A stretch of DNA of 64,000 bases from the human T2T-CHM13v2.0 reference genome, Homo sapiens: the NCBI RefSeq assembly GCF_009914755.1, contig NC_060934.1; one strand, 5' to 3'. Position 1 is the stretch's first letter. Each line of letters opens with the position of its first letter. The notes below the pieces were generated by a model. That model ran no database searches. It was not told where the DNA came from and saw nothing but the letters and a program-made list of their open reading frames with translations. Shown piece after piece: positions 12,477 through 26,920 of the stretch. The position numbers and the translations under genes are program-made.

Positions 12477-15400
12477 GAATTCTCAGTAAATCCTTTGTGT
12501 TGTGTGTATTCAACTCACAGAGTGGAACCTTCCTTTATTCAGAGCAGTTTTGAAACACTCTTTTTGTGAAATTTGCAAGTGGAGATTTCAAGCGATTTGA
12601 CGCCAATCTTAGACATGGAAATATCTTCATATTAAAAGTACACAGAGTCATCCGTAGAAACTAGTTTGTGATGTGTGCCTTCAACTCACAGAGTTTAACC
12701 TTTCTTTTCATAGAGCAGTTGGGAAACACTCTATTTGTAAAGTCTGCAAGTGGATATTTGGACCTCTTTGAGGCCTTCGTTGGAAACGGGATTTCTTCAT
12801 ACAACGCTAGACAGAAGAATTCTCAGTAACTTCTTTGTGTTGTGTGTATTCAACTCACAGAGTTGAACCTTTCTTTAGAGAGAGCAGAGTTGAAACACTC
12901 TGTTTTTGGAATTTGCAAGTGCAGATTTCAAGCGATTCTAGGCCTATGGCAGAAAAGGAAATATCTTCGTATAAAAACTACACAGAATCATTCTCAACAA
13001 CTACTTTGTGATGTGTGCGTTCAACTCACAGAGTTTAACCTTTCTTTTCATAGAGCAGTTTGGAAACACTCTGTTTGTAAAGCCTGCAAGTGCTTTTTTG
13101 GACTTCATTGAGGCCTTCGTTGGAAACGGGATTTCTTCATATAATGCTAGACAGAAGAATTCTCAGTCACTTGTTTGTGTTGTGTGTATTCAAGTCACAG
13201 AGTTGAACCTTCCTTTAGACAGAGCAGTTTTGAAAAATTCTTTCTGTGGAGTTTGCAAGTGGAGGTTTCAAGCGATTTGAGGCTAATCTTTGAAATGGAA
13301 ATATCTTCGTGTAAAAACTACACAGAATCATTCTCAGAAACTGCTTTGTCATCTGTGCGTTCAGTTCACAGAGTTTCACCTTTCTCTTCATAGAGCAGTT
13401 TGGAAAGACTCTGTCTGTAAAGTCTGCAAGTGATTAGTTAGACCCCTTTGAGGCCTTCGTTGGAAGCGGGATTTCTCATTTACTGCTAGACAGAAGAATT
13501 CTCAGTAAATCCTTTGTGTTGTGTGTATTCAACTCACAGAGTGGAACCTTCCTTTATTCAGAGCAGTTTTGAAACACTCTTTTTGTGGAATTTGCAAGTG
13601 GAGATTTCAAGCGATTTGACGCCAATCTTAGACATGGAAATATCTTCATATTAAAAGTACACAGAGTCATTCGTAGAAACTAGTTTGTGATGTGTGCCTT
13701 CAACTCACAGAGTTTAACCTTTCTTTTCATAGAGCAGTTGGGAAACACTCTATTTGTAAAGTCTGCAAGTGGATATTTGGACCTCTTTGAGGCCTTCGTT
13801 GGAAACGGGATTTCTTCATATAACGCTAGACAGAAGAATTCTCAGTAACTTCTTTGTGTTGTGTGTATTCAACTCACAGAGTTGAACCTTTCTTTAGAGG
13901 GAGCAGAGGTGAAACACTCTTTTTGTGGAATTTGCTAGTGTAGATTTCAAACGCTTCGAAGACAGTGATAGAAAAGGATATATCTTCGTATTAAAAGTAG
14001 ACAAAATCATTCTCAGAAAACTCTTTGTGATGTGTGTGTTCAACTCACAGAGTTTAACCTTTCTTTAATCGAGCAGTTTGGAAATACACTCTTTGTAAGT
14101 CTGCAGGTGGATATTTGGCCCTCTTTGAGCCCTTCGTTGGAAACGGGATTTCCTCATATAATGCTAGACAGAAGAATTCTCAGTAACTTCTTTGTGTTGT
14201 TTGTATTCAACACACAGATTTGAACCTTCCTTTAGAGAGAGCAGATTTGAAACACTCTGTTTTTGGAATTTGCAAGTGCAGATTTCAAGCGCTTCTAGGC
14301 CTATGGCAGAAAAGGAAATATCTTCGTATAAAAACTACACAGAATCATTCTCAACAACTACTTTGTGATGTGTGCGTTCAACTCACAGAGTTTAACCTTT
14401 CTTTTCATAGAGCAGTTTGGAAACACTCTGTTTGTAAAGCCTGCAAGTGCTTTTTTGGACTTCATTGAGGCCTTCGTTGGAAACGGGATTTCTTCATATA
14501 ATGCTAGACAGAAGAATTCTCAGTCACTTGTTTGTGTTGTGTGTATTCAAGTCACAGAGTTGAACCTTCCTTTAGACAGAGCAGTTTTGAAAAATTCTTT
14601 CTGTGGAGTTTGCAAGTGGAGATTTCAAGCGATTTGAGGCTAATCTTTGAAATGGAAATATCTTCGTGTAAAAACTACACAGAATCATTCTCAGAAACTG
14701 CTTTGTCATCTGTGCGTTCAGTTCACAGAGTTTCACCTTTCTCTTCATAGAGCAGTTTGGAAAGACTCTGTCTGTAAAGTCTGCAAGTGATTAGTTAGAC
14801 CCCTTTGAGGCCTTCGTTGGAAGTGGGATTTCTCATTTACTGCTAGACAGAAGAATTCTCAGTAAATCCTTTGTGTTGTGTGTATTCAACTCACAGAGTG
14901 GAACCTTCCTTTATTCAGAGCAGTTTTGAAAAACACTTTTTGTGGAATTTGCAAGTGGAGATTTCAAGCGATTTGACGCCAATCTTAGACATGGAAATAT
15001 CTTCATATTAAAAGTACACAGAGTCATTCGTAGAAACTAGTTTGTGATGTGTGCCTTCAACTCACAGAGTTTAACCTTTCTTTTCATAGAGCAGTTTGGA
15101 AACACTCTATTTGTAAAGTCTGCAAGTGGATATTTGGACCTCTTTGAGGCCTTCGTTGGAAACGGGATTTCTTCATACAACGCTAGACAGAAGAATTCTC
15201 AGTAACTTCTTTGTGTTGTGTGTATTCAACTCACAGAGTTGAACCTTTCTTTAGAGAGAGCAGAGTTGAAACACTCTGTTTTTGGAATTTGCAACTGCAG
15301 ATTTCAAGCGATTCTAGGCCTATGGCAGAAAAGGAAATATCTTCGTATAAAAACTACACAGAATCATTCTCAACAACTACTTTGTGATGTGTGCGTTCAA

Positions 15401-18400
15401 CTCACAGAGTTTAACCTTTCTTTTCATAGAGCAGTTTGGAAACACTCTGTTTGTAAAGCCTGCAAGTGCTTTTTTGGACTTCATTGAGGCCTTCGTTGGA
15501 AACGGGATTTCTTCATATAATGCTAGACAGAAGAATTCTCAGTCACTTCTTTGTGTTGTGTGTATTCAAGTCACAGAGTTGAACCTTCCTTTAGACAGAG
15601 CAGTTTTGAAAAATTCTTTCTGTGTAATTTGCAAGTGGAGATTTCAAGCGATTTGAGGCTAATCTTTGAAATGGAAATATCTTCGTGTAAAAACTACACA
15701 GAATCATTCTCAGAAACTGCTTTGTCATCTGTGCGTTCAGTTCACAGAGTTTCACCTTTCTCTTCATAGAGCAGTTTGGAAAGACTCTGTCTGTAAAGTC
15801 TGCAAGTGATTAGTTAGACCCCTTTGAGGCCTTCGTTGGAAGCGGGATTTCTCATTTACTGCTAGACAGAAGAATTCTCAGTAAATCCTTTGTGTTGTGT
15901 GTATTCAACTCACAGAGTGGAACCTTCCTTTATTCAGAGCAGTTTTGAAACACTCTTTTTGTGGAATTTGCAAGTGGAGATTTCAAGCGATTTGACGCCA
16001 ATCTTAGACATGGAAATATCTTCATATTAAAAGTACACAGAGTCATTCGTAGAAACTAGTTTGTGATGTGTGCCTTCAACTCACAGAGTTTAACCTTTCT
16101 TTTCATAGAGCAGTTGGGAAACACTCTATTTGTAAAGTCTGCAAGTGGATATTTGGACCTCTTTGAGGCCTTCGTTGGAAACGGGATTTCTTCATATAAC
16201 GCTAGACAGAAGAATTCTCAGTAACTTCTTTGTGTTGTGTGTATTCAACTCACAGAGTTGAACCTTTCTTTAGAGGGAGCAGAGGTGAAACACTCTTTTT
16301 GTGGAATTTGCTAGTGTAGATTTCAAACGCTTCGAAGACAGTGATAGAAAAGGATATATCTTCGTATTAAAAGTAGACAAAATCATTCTCAGAAAACTCT
16401 TTGTGATGTGTGTGTTCAACTCACAGAGTTTAACCTTTCTTTAATCGAGCAGTTTGGAAATACACTCTTTGTAAGTCTGCAGGTGGATATTTGGCCCTCT
16501 TTGAGCCCTTCGTTGGAAACGGGATTTCCTCATATAATGCTAGACAGAAGAATTCTCAGTAACTTCTTTGTGTTGTTTGTATTCAACACACAGATTTGAA
16601 CCTTCCTTTAGAGAGAGCAGATTTGAAACACTCTGTTTTTGGAATTTGCAAGTGCAGATTTCAAGCGCTTCTAGGCCTATGGCAGAAAAGGAAATATCTT
16701 CGTATAAAAACTACACAGAATCATTCTCAACAACTACTTTGTGATGTGTGCGTTCAACTCACAGAGTTTAACCTTTCTTTTCATAGAGCAGTTTGGAAAC
16801 ACTCTGTTTGTAAAGCCTGCAAGTGCTTTTTTGGACTTCATTGAGGCCTTCGTTGGAAACGGGATTTCTTCATATAATGCTAGACAGAAGAATTCTCAGT
16901 CACTTGTTTGTGTTGTGTGTATTCAAGTCACAGAGTTGAACCTTCCTTTAGACAGAGCAGTTTTGAAAAATTCTTTCTGTGGAGTTTGCAAGTGGAGATT
17001 TCAAGCGATTTGAGGCTAATCTTTGAAATGGAAATATCTTCGTGTAAAAACTACACAGAATCATTCTCAGAAACTGCTTTGTCATCTGTGCGTTCAGTTC
17101 ACAGAGTTTCACCTTTCTCTTCATAGAGCAGTTTGGAAAGACTCTGTCTGTAAAGTCTGCAAGTGATTAGTTAGACCCCTTTGAGGCCTTCGTTGGAAGT
17201 GGGATTTCTCATTTACTGCTAGACAGAAGAATTCTCAGTAAATCCTTTGTGTTGTGTGTATTCAACTCACAGAGTGGAACCTTCCTTTATTCAGAGCAGT
17301 TTTGAAAAACACTTTTTGTGGAATTTGCAAGTGGAGATTTCAAGCGATTTGACGCCAATCTTAGACATGGAAATATCTTCATATTAAAAGTACACAGAGT
17401 CATTCGTAGAAACTAGTTTGTGATGTGTGCCTTCAACTCACAGAGTTTAACCTTTCTTTTCATAGAGCAGTTGGGAAACACTCTATTTGTAAAGTCTGCA
17501 AGTGGATATTTGGACCTCTTTGAGGCCTTCGTTGGAAACGGGATTTCTTCATATAACGCTAGACAGAAGAATTCTCAGTAACTTCTTTGTGTTGTGTGTA
17601 TTCAACTCACAGAGTTGAACCTTTCTTTAGAGAGAGCAGAGTTGAAACACTCTGTTTTTGGAATTTGCAACTGCAGATTTCAAGCGATTCTAGGCCTATG
17701 GCAGAAAAGGAAATATCTTCGTATAAAAACTACACAGAATCATTCTCAACAACTACTTTGTGATGTGTGCGTTCAACTCACAGAGTTTAACCTTTCTTTT
17801 CATAGAGCAGTTTGGAAACACTCTGTTTGTAAAGCCTGCAAGTGCTTTTTTGGACTTCATTGAGGCCTTCGTTGGAAACGGGATTTCTTCATATAATGCT
17901 AGACAGAAGAATTCTCAGTCACTTCTTTGTGTTGTGTGTATTCAAGTCACAGAGTTGAACCTTCCTTTAGACAGAGCAGTTTTGAAAAATTCTTTCTGTG
18001 TAATTTGCAAGTGGAGATTTCAAGCGATTTGAGGCTAATCTTTGAAATGGAAATATCTTCCTGTAAAAACTACACAGAATCATTCTCAGAAACTGCTTTG
18101 TCATCTGTGCGTTCAGTTCACAGAGTTTCACCTTTCTCTTCATAGAGCAGTTTGGAAAGACTCTGTCTGTAAAGTCTGCAAGTGATTAGTTAGACCCCTT
18201 TGAGGCCTTCGTTGGAAGCGGGATTTCTCATTTACTGCTAGACAGAAGAATTCTCAGTAAATCCTTTGTGTTGTGTGTATTCAACTCACAGAGTGGAACC
18301 TTCCTTTATTCAGAGCAGTTTTGAAACACTCTTTTTGTGGAATTTGCAAGTGGAGATTTCAAGCGATTTGACGCCAATCTTAGACATGGAAATATCTTCA

Positions 18401-21400
18401 TATTAAAAGTACACAGAGTCATTCGTAGAAACTAGTTTGTGATGTGTGCCTTCAACTCACAGAGTTTAACCTTTCTTTTCATAGAGCAGTTGGGAAACAC
18501 TCTATTTGTAAAGTCTGCAAGTGGATATTTGGACCTCTTTGAGGCCTTCGTTGGAAACGGGATTTCTTCATATAACGCTAGACAGAAGAATTCTCAGTAA
18601 CTTCTTTGTGTTGTGTGTATTCAACTCACAGAGTTGAACCTTTCTTTAGAGGGAGCAGAGGTGAAACACTCTTTTTGTGGAATTTGCTAGTGTAGATTTC
18701 AAACGCTTCGAAGACAGTGATAGAAAAGGATATATCTTCGTATTAAAAGTAGACAAAATCATTCTCAGAAAACTCTTTGTGATGTGTGTGTTCAACTCAC
18801 AGAGTTTAACCTTTCTTTAATCGAGCAGTTTGGAAATACACTCTTTGTAAGTCTGCAGGTGGATATTTGGCCCTCTTTGAGCCCTTCGTTGGAAACGGGA
18901 TTTCCTCATATAATGCTAGACAGAAGAATTCTCAGTAACTTCTTTGTGTTGTTTGTATTCAACACACAGATTTGAACCTTCCTTTAGAGAGAGCAGATTT
19001 GAAACACTCTGTTTTTGGAATTTGCAAGTGCAGATTTCAAGCGCTTCTAGGCCTATGGCAGAAAAGGAAATATCTTCGTATAAAAACTACACAGAATCAT
19101 TCTCAACAACTACTTTGTGATGTGTGCGTTCAACTCACAGAGTTTAACCTTTCTTTTCATAGAGCAGTTTGGAAACACTCTGTTTGTAAAGCCTGCAAGT
19201 GCTTTTTTGGACTTCATTGAGGCCTTCGTTGGAAACGGGATTTCTTCATATAATGCTAGACAGAAGAATTCTCAGTCACTTGTTTGTGTTGTGTGTATTC
19301 AAGTCACAGAGTTGAACCTTCCTTTAGACAGAGCAGTTTTGAAAAATTCTTTCTGTGGAGTTTGCAAGTGGAGATTTCAAGCGATTTGAGGCTAATCTTT
19401 GAAATGGAAATATCTTCGTGTAAAAACTACACAGAATCATTCTCAGAAACTGCTTTGTCATCTGTGCGTTCAGTTCACAGAGTTTCACCTTTCTCTTCAT
19501 AGAGCAGTTTGGAAAGACTCTGTCTGTAAAGTCTGCAAGTGATTAGTTAGACCCCTTTGAGGCCTTCGTTGGAAGTGGGATTTCTCATTTACTGCTAGAC
19601 AGAAGAATTCTCAGTAAATCCTTTGTGTTGTGTGTATTCAACTCACAGAGTGGAACCTTCCTTTATTCAGAGCAGTTTTGAAAAACACTTTTTGTGGAAT
19701 TTGCAAGTGGAGATTTCAAGCGATTTGACGCCAATCTTAGACATGGAAATATCTTCATATTAAAAGTACACAGAGTCATTCGTAGAAACTAGTTTGTGAT
19801 GTGTGCCTTCAACTCACAGAGTTTAACCTTTCTTTTCATAGAGCAGTTGGGAAACACTCTATTTGTAAAGTCTGCAAGTGGATATTTGGACCTCTTTGAG
19901 GCCTTCGTTGGAAACGGGATTTCTTCATATAACGCTAGACAGAAGAATTCTCAGTAACTTCTTTGTGTTGTGTGTATTCAACTCACAGAGTTGAACCTTT
20001 CTTTAGAGGGAGCAGAGGTGAAACACTCTTTTTGTGGAATTTGCTAGTGTAGATTTCAAACGCTTCGAAGACAGTGATAGAAAAGGATATATCTTCGTAT
20101 TAAAAGTAGACAAAATCATTCTCAGAAAACTCTTTGTGATGTGTGTGTTCAACTCACAGAGTTTAACCTTTCTTTAATCGAGCAGTTTGGAAATACACTC
20201 TTTGTAAGTCTGCAGGTGGATATTTGGCCCTCTTTGAGCCCTTCGTTGGAAACGGGATTTCCTCATATAATGCTAGACAGAAGAATTCTCAGTAACTTCT
20301 TTGTGTTGTTTGTATTCAACACACAGATTTGAACCTTCCTTTAGAGAGAGCAGATTTGAAACACTCTGTTTTTGGAATTTGCAAGTGCAGATTTCAACCG
20401 CTTCTAGGCCTATGGCAGAAAAGGAAATATCTTCGTATAAAAACTACACAGAATCATTCTCAACAACTACTTTGTGATGTGTGCGTTCAACTCACAGAGT
20501 TTAACCTTTCTTTTCATAGAGCAGTTTGGAAACACTCTGTTTGTAAAGCCTGCAAGTGCTTTTTTGGACTTCATTGAGGCCTTCGTTGGAAACGGGATTT
20601 CTTCATATAATGCTAGACAGAAGAATTCTCAGTCACTTGTTTGTGTTGTGTGTATTCAAGTCACAGAGTTGAACCTTCCTTTAGACAGAGCAGTTTTGAA
20701 AAATTCTTTCTGTGGAGTTTGCAAGTGGAGATTTCAAGCGATTTGAGGCTAATCTTTGAAATGGAAATATCTTCGTGTAAAAACTACACAGAATCATTCT
20801 CAGAAACTGCTTTGTCATCTGTGCGTTCAGTTCACAGAGTTTCACCTTTCTTTTCATACAGCAGTTTGGAAAGACTCTGTCTGTAAAGTCTGCAAGTGAT
20901 TAGTTAGACCCCTTTGAGGCCTTCGTTGAAAGCGGAATTTCTCATTTACTGCTAGACAGAAGAATTCTCAGTAAATCCTTTGTGTTGTGTGTATTCAACT
21001 CACAGAGTGGAACCTTCCTTTATTCAGAGCAGTTTTGAAAAACACTTTTTGTGGAATTTGCAAGTGGAGATTTCAAGCGATTTGACGCCAATCTTAGACA
21101 TGGAAATGTCTTCATATTAAAAGTACACAGAGTCATTCGTAGAAACTAGTTTGTGATGTGTGCCTTCAACTCACAGAGTTTAACCTTTCTTTTCATAGAG
21201 CAGTTTGGAAACACTCTATTTGTAAAGTCTGCAAGTGGATATTTGGACCTCTTTGAGGCCTTCATTGGAAACGGGATTTCTTCATACAACGCTAGACAGA
21301 AGAATTCTCAGTAACTTCTTTGTGTTGTGTGTATTCAACTCACAGAGTTGAACCTTTCTTTAGAGAGAGCAGAGTTGAAACACTCTGTTTTTGGAATTTG

Positions 21401-21492
21401 CAAGTGCAGATTTCAAGCGCTTCTAGGCCTATGGCAGAAAAGGAAATATCTTCGTATAAAAACTACACAGAATCATTCTCAACAACTACTTT

Positions 21493-24400
21493 GTGATGTG
21501 TGCGTTCAACTCACAGAGTTTAACCTTTCTTTTCATAGAGCAGTTTGGAAACACTCTGTTTGTAAAGCCTGCAAGTGCTTTTTTGGACTTCATTGAGGCC
21601 TTCGTTGGAAACGGGATTTCTTCATATAATGCTAGACAGAAGAATTCTCAGTCACTTGTTTGTGTTGTGTGTATTCAAGTCACAGAGTTGAACCTTCCTT
21701 TAGACAGAGCAGTTTTGAAAAATTCTTTCTGTGGAGTTTGCAAGTGGAGGTTTCAAGCGATTTGAGGCTAATCTTTGAAATGGAAATATCTTCGTGTAAA
21801 AACTACACAGAATCATTCTCAGAAACTGCTTTGTCATCTGTGCGTTCAGTTCACAGAGTTTCACCTTTCTCTTCATAGAGCAGTTTGGAAAGACTCTGTC
21901 TGTAAAGTCTGCAAGTGATTAGTTAGACCCCTTTGAGGCCTTCGTTGGAAGCGGGATTTCTCATTTACTGCTAGACAGAAGAATTCTCAGTAAATCCTTT
22001 GTGTTGTGTGTATTCAACTCACAGAGTGGAACCTTCCTTTATTCAGAGCAGTTTTGAAACACTCTTTTTGTGGAATTTGCAAGTGGAGATTTCAAGCGAT
22101 TTGACGCCAATCTTAGACATGGAAATATCTTCATATTAAAAGTACACAGAGTCATTCGTAGAAACTAGTTTGTGATGTGTGCCTTCAACTCACAGAGTTT
22201 AACCTTTCTTTTCATAGAGCAGTTGGGAAACACTCTATTTGTAAAGTCTGCAAGTGGATATTTGGACCTCTTTGAGGCCTTCGTTGGAAACGGGATTTCT
22301 TCATATAACGCTAGACAGAAGAATTCTCAGTAACTTCTTTGTGTTGTGTGTATTCAACTCACAGAGTTGAACCTTTCTTTAGAGGGAGCAGAGGTGAAAC
22401 ACTCTTTTTGTGGAATTTGCTAGTGTAGATTTCAAACGCTTCGAAGACAGTGATAGAAAAGGATATATCTTCGTATTAAAAGTAGACAAAATCATTCTCA
22501 GAAAACTCTTTGTGATGTGTGTGTTCAACTCACAGAGTTTAACCTTTCTTTAATCGAGCAGTTTGGAAATACACTCTTTGTAAGTCTGCAGGTGGATATT
22601 TGGCCCTCTTTGAGCCCTTCGTTGGAAACGGGATTTCCTCATATAATGCTAGACAGAAGAATTCTCAGTAACTTCTTTGTGTTGTTTGTATTCAACACAC
22701 AGATTTGAACCTTCCTTTAGAGAGAGCAGATTTGAAACACTCTGTTTTTGGAATTTGCAAGTGCAGATTTCAAGCGCTTCTAGGCCTATGGCAGAAAAGG
22801 AAATATCTTCGTATAAAAACTACACAGAATCATTCTCAACAACTACTTTGTGATGTGTGCGTTCAACTCACAGAGTTTAACCTTTCTTTTCATAGAGCAG
22901 TTTGGAAACACTCTGTTTGTAAAGCCTGCAAGTGCTTTTTTGGACTTCATTGAGGCCTTCGTTGGAAACGGGATTTCTTCATATAATGCTAGACAGAAGA
23001 ATTCTCAGTCACTTGTTTGTGTTGTGTGTATTCAAGTCACAGAGTTGAACCTTCCTTTAGACAGAGCAGTTTTGAAAAATTCTTTCTGTGGAGTTTGCAA
23101 GTGGAGATTTCAAGCGATTTGAGGCTAATCTTTGAAATGGAAATATCTTCGTGTAAAAACTACACAGAATCATTCTCAGAAACTGCTTTGTCATCTGTGC
23201 GTTCAGTTCACAGAGTTTCACCTTTCTCTTCATAGAGCAGTTTGGAAAGACTCTGTCTGTAAAGTCTGCAAGTGATTAGTTAGACCCCTTTGAGGCCTTC
23301 GTTGGAAGTGGGATTTCTCATTTACTGCTAGACAGAAGAATTCTCAGTAAATCCTTTGTGTTGTGTGTATTCAACTCACAGAGTGGAACCTTCCTTTATT
23401 CAGAGCAGTTTTGAAAAACACTTTTTGTGGAATTTGCAAGTGGAGATTTCAAGCGATTTGACGCCAATCTTAGACATGGAAATATCTTCATATTAAAAGT
23501 ACACAGAGTCATTCGTAGAAACTAGTTTGTGATGTGTGCCTTCAACTCACAGAGTTTAACCTTTCTTTTCATAGAGCAGTTGGGAAACACTCTATTTGTA
23601 AAGTCTGCAAGTGGATATTTGGACCTCTTTGAGGCCTTCGTTGGAAACGGGATTTCTTCATATAACGCTAGACAGAAGAATTCTCAGTAACTTCTTTGTG
23701 TTGTGTGTATTCAACTCACAGAGTTGAACCTTTCTTTAGAGGGAGCAGAGGTGAAACACTCTTTTTGTGGAATTTGCTAGTGTAGATTTCAAACGCTTCG
23801 AAGACAGTGATAGAAAAGGATATATCTTCGTATTAAAAGTAGACAAAATCATTCTCAGAAAACTCTTTGTGATGTGTGTGTTCAACTCACAGAGTTTAAC
23901 CTTTCTTTAATCGAGCAGTTTGGAAATACACTCTTTGTAAGTCTGCAGGTGGATATTTGGCCCTCTTTGAGCCCTTCGTTGGAAACGGGATTTCCTCATA
24001 TAATGCTAGACAGAAGAATTCTCAGTAACTTCTTTGTGTTGTTTGTATTCAACACACAGATTTGAACCTTCCTTTAGAGAGAGCAGATTTGAAACACTCT
24101 GTTTTTGGAATTTGCAAGTGCAGATTTCAACCGCTTCTAGGCCTATGGCAGAAAAGGAAATATCTTCGTATAAAAACTACACAGAATCATTCTCAACAAC
24201 TACTTTGTGATGTGTGCGTTCAACTCACAGAGTTTAACCTTTCTTTTCATAGAGCAGTTTGGAAACACTCTGTTTGTAAAGCCTGCAAGTGCTTTTTTGG
24301 ACTTCATTGAGGCCTTCGTTGGAAACGGGATTTCTTCATATAATGCTAGACAGAAGAATTCTCAGTCACTTGTTTGTGTTGTGTGTATTCAAGTCACAGA

Positions 24401-26920
24401 GTTGAACCTTCCTTTAGACAGAGCAGTTTTGAAAAATTCTTTCTGTGGAGTTTGCAAGTGGAGATTTCAAGCGATTTGAGGCTAATCTTTGAAATGGAAA
24501 TATCTTCGTGTAAAAACTACACAGAATCATTCTCAGAAACTGCTTTGTCATCTGTGCGTTCAGTTCACAGAGTTTCACCTTTCTCTTCATAGAGCAGTTT
24601 GGAAAGACTCTGTCTGTAAAGTCTGCAAGTGATTAGTTAGACCCCTTTGAGGCCTTCGTTGGAAGTGGGATTTCTCATTTACTGCTAGACAGAAGAATTC
24701 TCAGTAAATCCTTTGTGTTGTGTGTATTCAACTCACAGAGTGGAACCTTCCTTTATTCAGAGCAGTTTTGAAAAACACTTTTTGTGGAATTTGCAAGTGG
24801 AGATTTCAAGCGATTTGACGCCAATCTTAGACATGGAAATATCTTCATATTAAAAGTACACAGAGTCATTCGTAGAAACTAGTTTGTGATGTGTGCCTTC
24901 AACTCACAGAGTTTAACCTTTCTTTTCATAGAGCAGTTGGGAAACACTCTATTTGTAAAGTCTGCAAGTGGATATTTGGACCTCTTTGAGGCCTTCGTTG
25001 GAAACGGGATTTCTTCATATAACGCTAGACAGAAGAATTCTCAGTAACTTCTTTGTGTTGTGTGTATTCAACTCACAGAGTTGAACCTTTCTTTAGAGGG
25101 AGCAGAGGTGAAACACTCTTTTTGTGGAATTTGCTAGTGTAGATTTCAAACGCTTCGAAGACAGTGATAGAAAAGGATATATCTTCGTATTAAAAGTAGA
25201 CAAAATCATTCTCAGAAAACTCTTTGTGATGTGTGTGTTCAACTCACAGAGTTTAACCTTTCTTTAATCGAGCAGTTTGGAAATACACTCTTTGTAAGTC
25301 TGCAGGTGGATATTTGGCCCTCTTTGAGCCCTTCGTTGGAAACGGGATTTCCTCATATAATGCTAGACAGAAGAATTCTCAGTAACTTCTTTGTGTTGTT
25401 TGTATTCAACACACAGATTTGAACCTTCCTTTAGAGAGAGCAGATTTGAAACACTCTGTTTTTGGAATTTGCAAGTGCAGATTTCAAGCGCTTCTAGGCC
25501 TATGGCAGAAAAGGAAATATCTTCGTATAAAAACTACACAGAATCATTCTCAACAACTACTTTGTGATGTGTGCGTTCAACTCACAGAGTTTAACCTTTC
25601 TTTTCATAGAGCAGTTTGGAAACACTCTGTTTGTAAAGCCTGCAAGTGCTTTTTTGGACTTCATTGAGGCCTTCGTTGGAAACGGGATTTCTTCATATAA
25701 TGCTAGACAGAAGAATTCTCAGTCACTTGTTTGTGTTGTGTGTATTCAAGTCACAGAGTTGAACCTTCCTTTAGACAGAGCAGTTTTGAAAAATTCTTTC
25801 TGTGGAGTTTGCAAGTGGAGATTTCAAGCGATTTGAGGCTAATCTTTGAAATGGAAATATCTTCGTGTAAAAACTACACAGAATCATTCTCAGAAACTGC
25901 TTTGTCATCTGTGCGTTCAGTTCACAGAGTTTCACCTTTCTCTTCATAGAGCAGTTTGGAAAGACTCTGTCTGTAAAGTCTGCAAGTGATTAGTTAGACC
26001 CCTTTGAGGCCTTCGTTGGAAGTGGGATTTCTCATTTACTGCTAGACAGAAGAATTCTCAGTAAATCCTTTGTGTTGTGTGTATTCAACTCACAGAGTGG
26101 AACCTTCCTTTATTCAGAGCAGTTTTGAAAAACACTTTTTGTGGAATTTGCAAGTGGAGATTTCAAGCGATTTGACGCCAATCTTAGACATGGAAATATC
26201 TTCATATTAAAAGTACACAGAGTCATTCGTAGAAACTAGTTTGTGATGTGTGCCTTCAACTCACAGAGTTTAACCTTTCTTTTCATAGAGCAGTTGGGAA
26301 ACACTCTATTTGTAAAGTCTGCAAGTGGATATTTGGACCTCTTTGAGGCCTTCGTTGGAAACGGGATTTCTTCATATAACGCTAGACAGAAGAATTCTCA
26401 GTAACTTCTTTGTGTTGTGTGTATTCAACTCACAGAGTTGAACCTTTCTTTAGAGGGAGCAGAGGTGAAACACTCTTTTTGTGGAATTTGCTAGTGTAGA
26501 TTTCAAACGCTTCGAAGACAGTGATAGAAAAGGATATATCTTCGTATTAAAAGTAGACAAAATCATTCTCAGAAAACTCTTTGTGATGTGTGTGTTCAAC
26601 TCACAGAGTTTAACCTTTCTTTAATCGAGCAGTTTGGAAATACACTCTTTGTAAGTCTGCAGGTGGATATTTGGCCCTCTTTGAGCCCTTCGTTGGAAAC
26701 GGGATTTCCTCATATAATGCTAGACAGAAGAATTCTCAGTAACTTCTTTGTGTTGTTTGTATTCAACACACAGATTTGAACCTTCCTTTAGAGAGAGCAG
26801 ATTTGAAACACTCTGTTTTTGGAATTTGCAAGTGCAGATTTCAACCGCTTCTAGGCCTATGGCAGAAAAGGAAATATCTTCGTATAAAAACTACACAGAA
26901 TCATTCTCAACAACTACTTT
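21493..26920 (+). repeat. Run of four consecutive 8-mer units
   Basis: Anchors at 21493, 22850, 24207, 25564 and 26921 are each 1357 bp apart. Confidence 0.93.
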
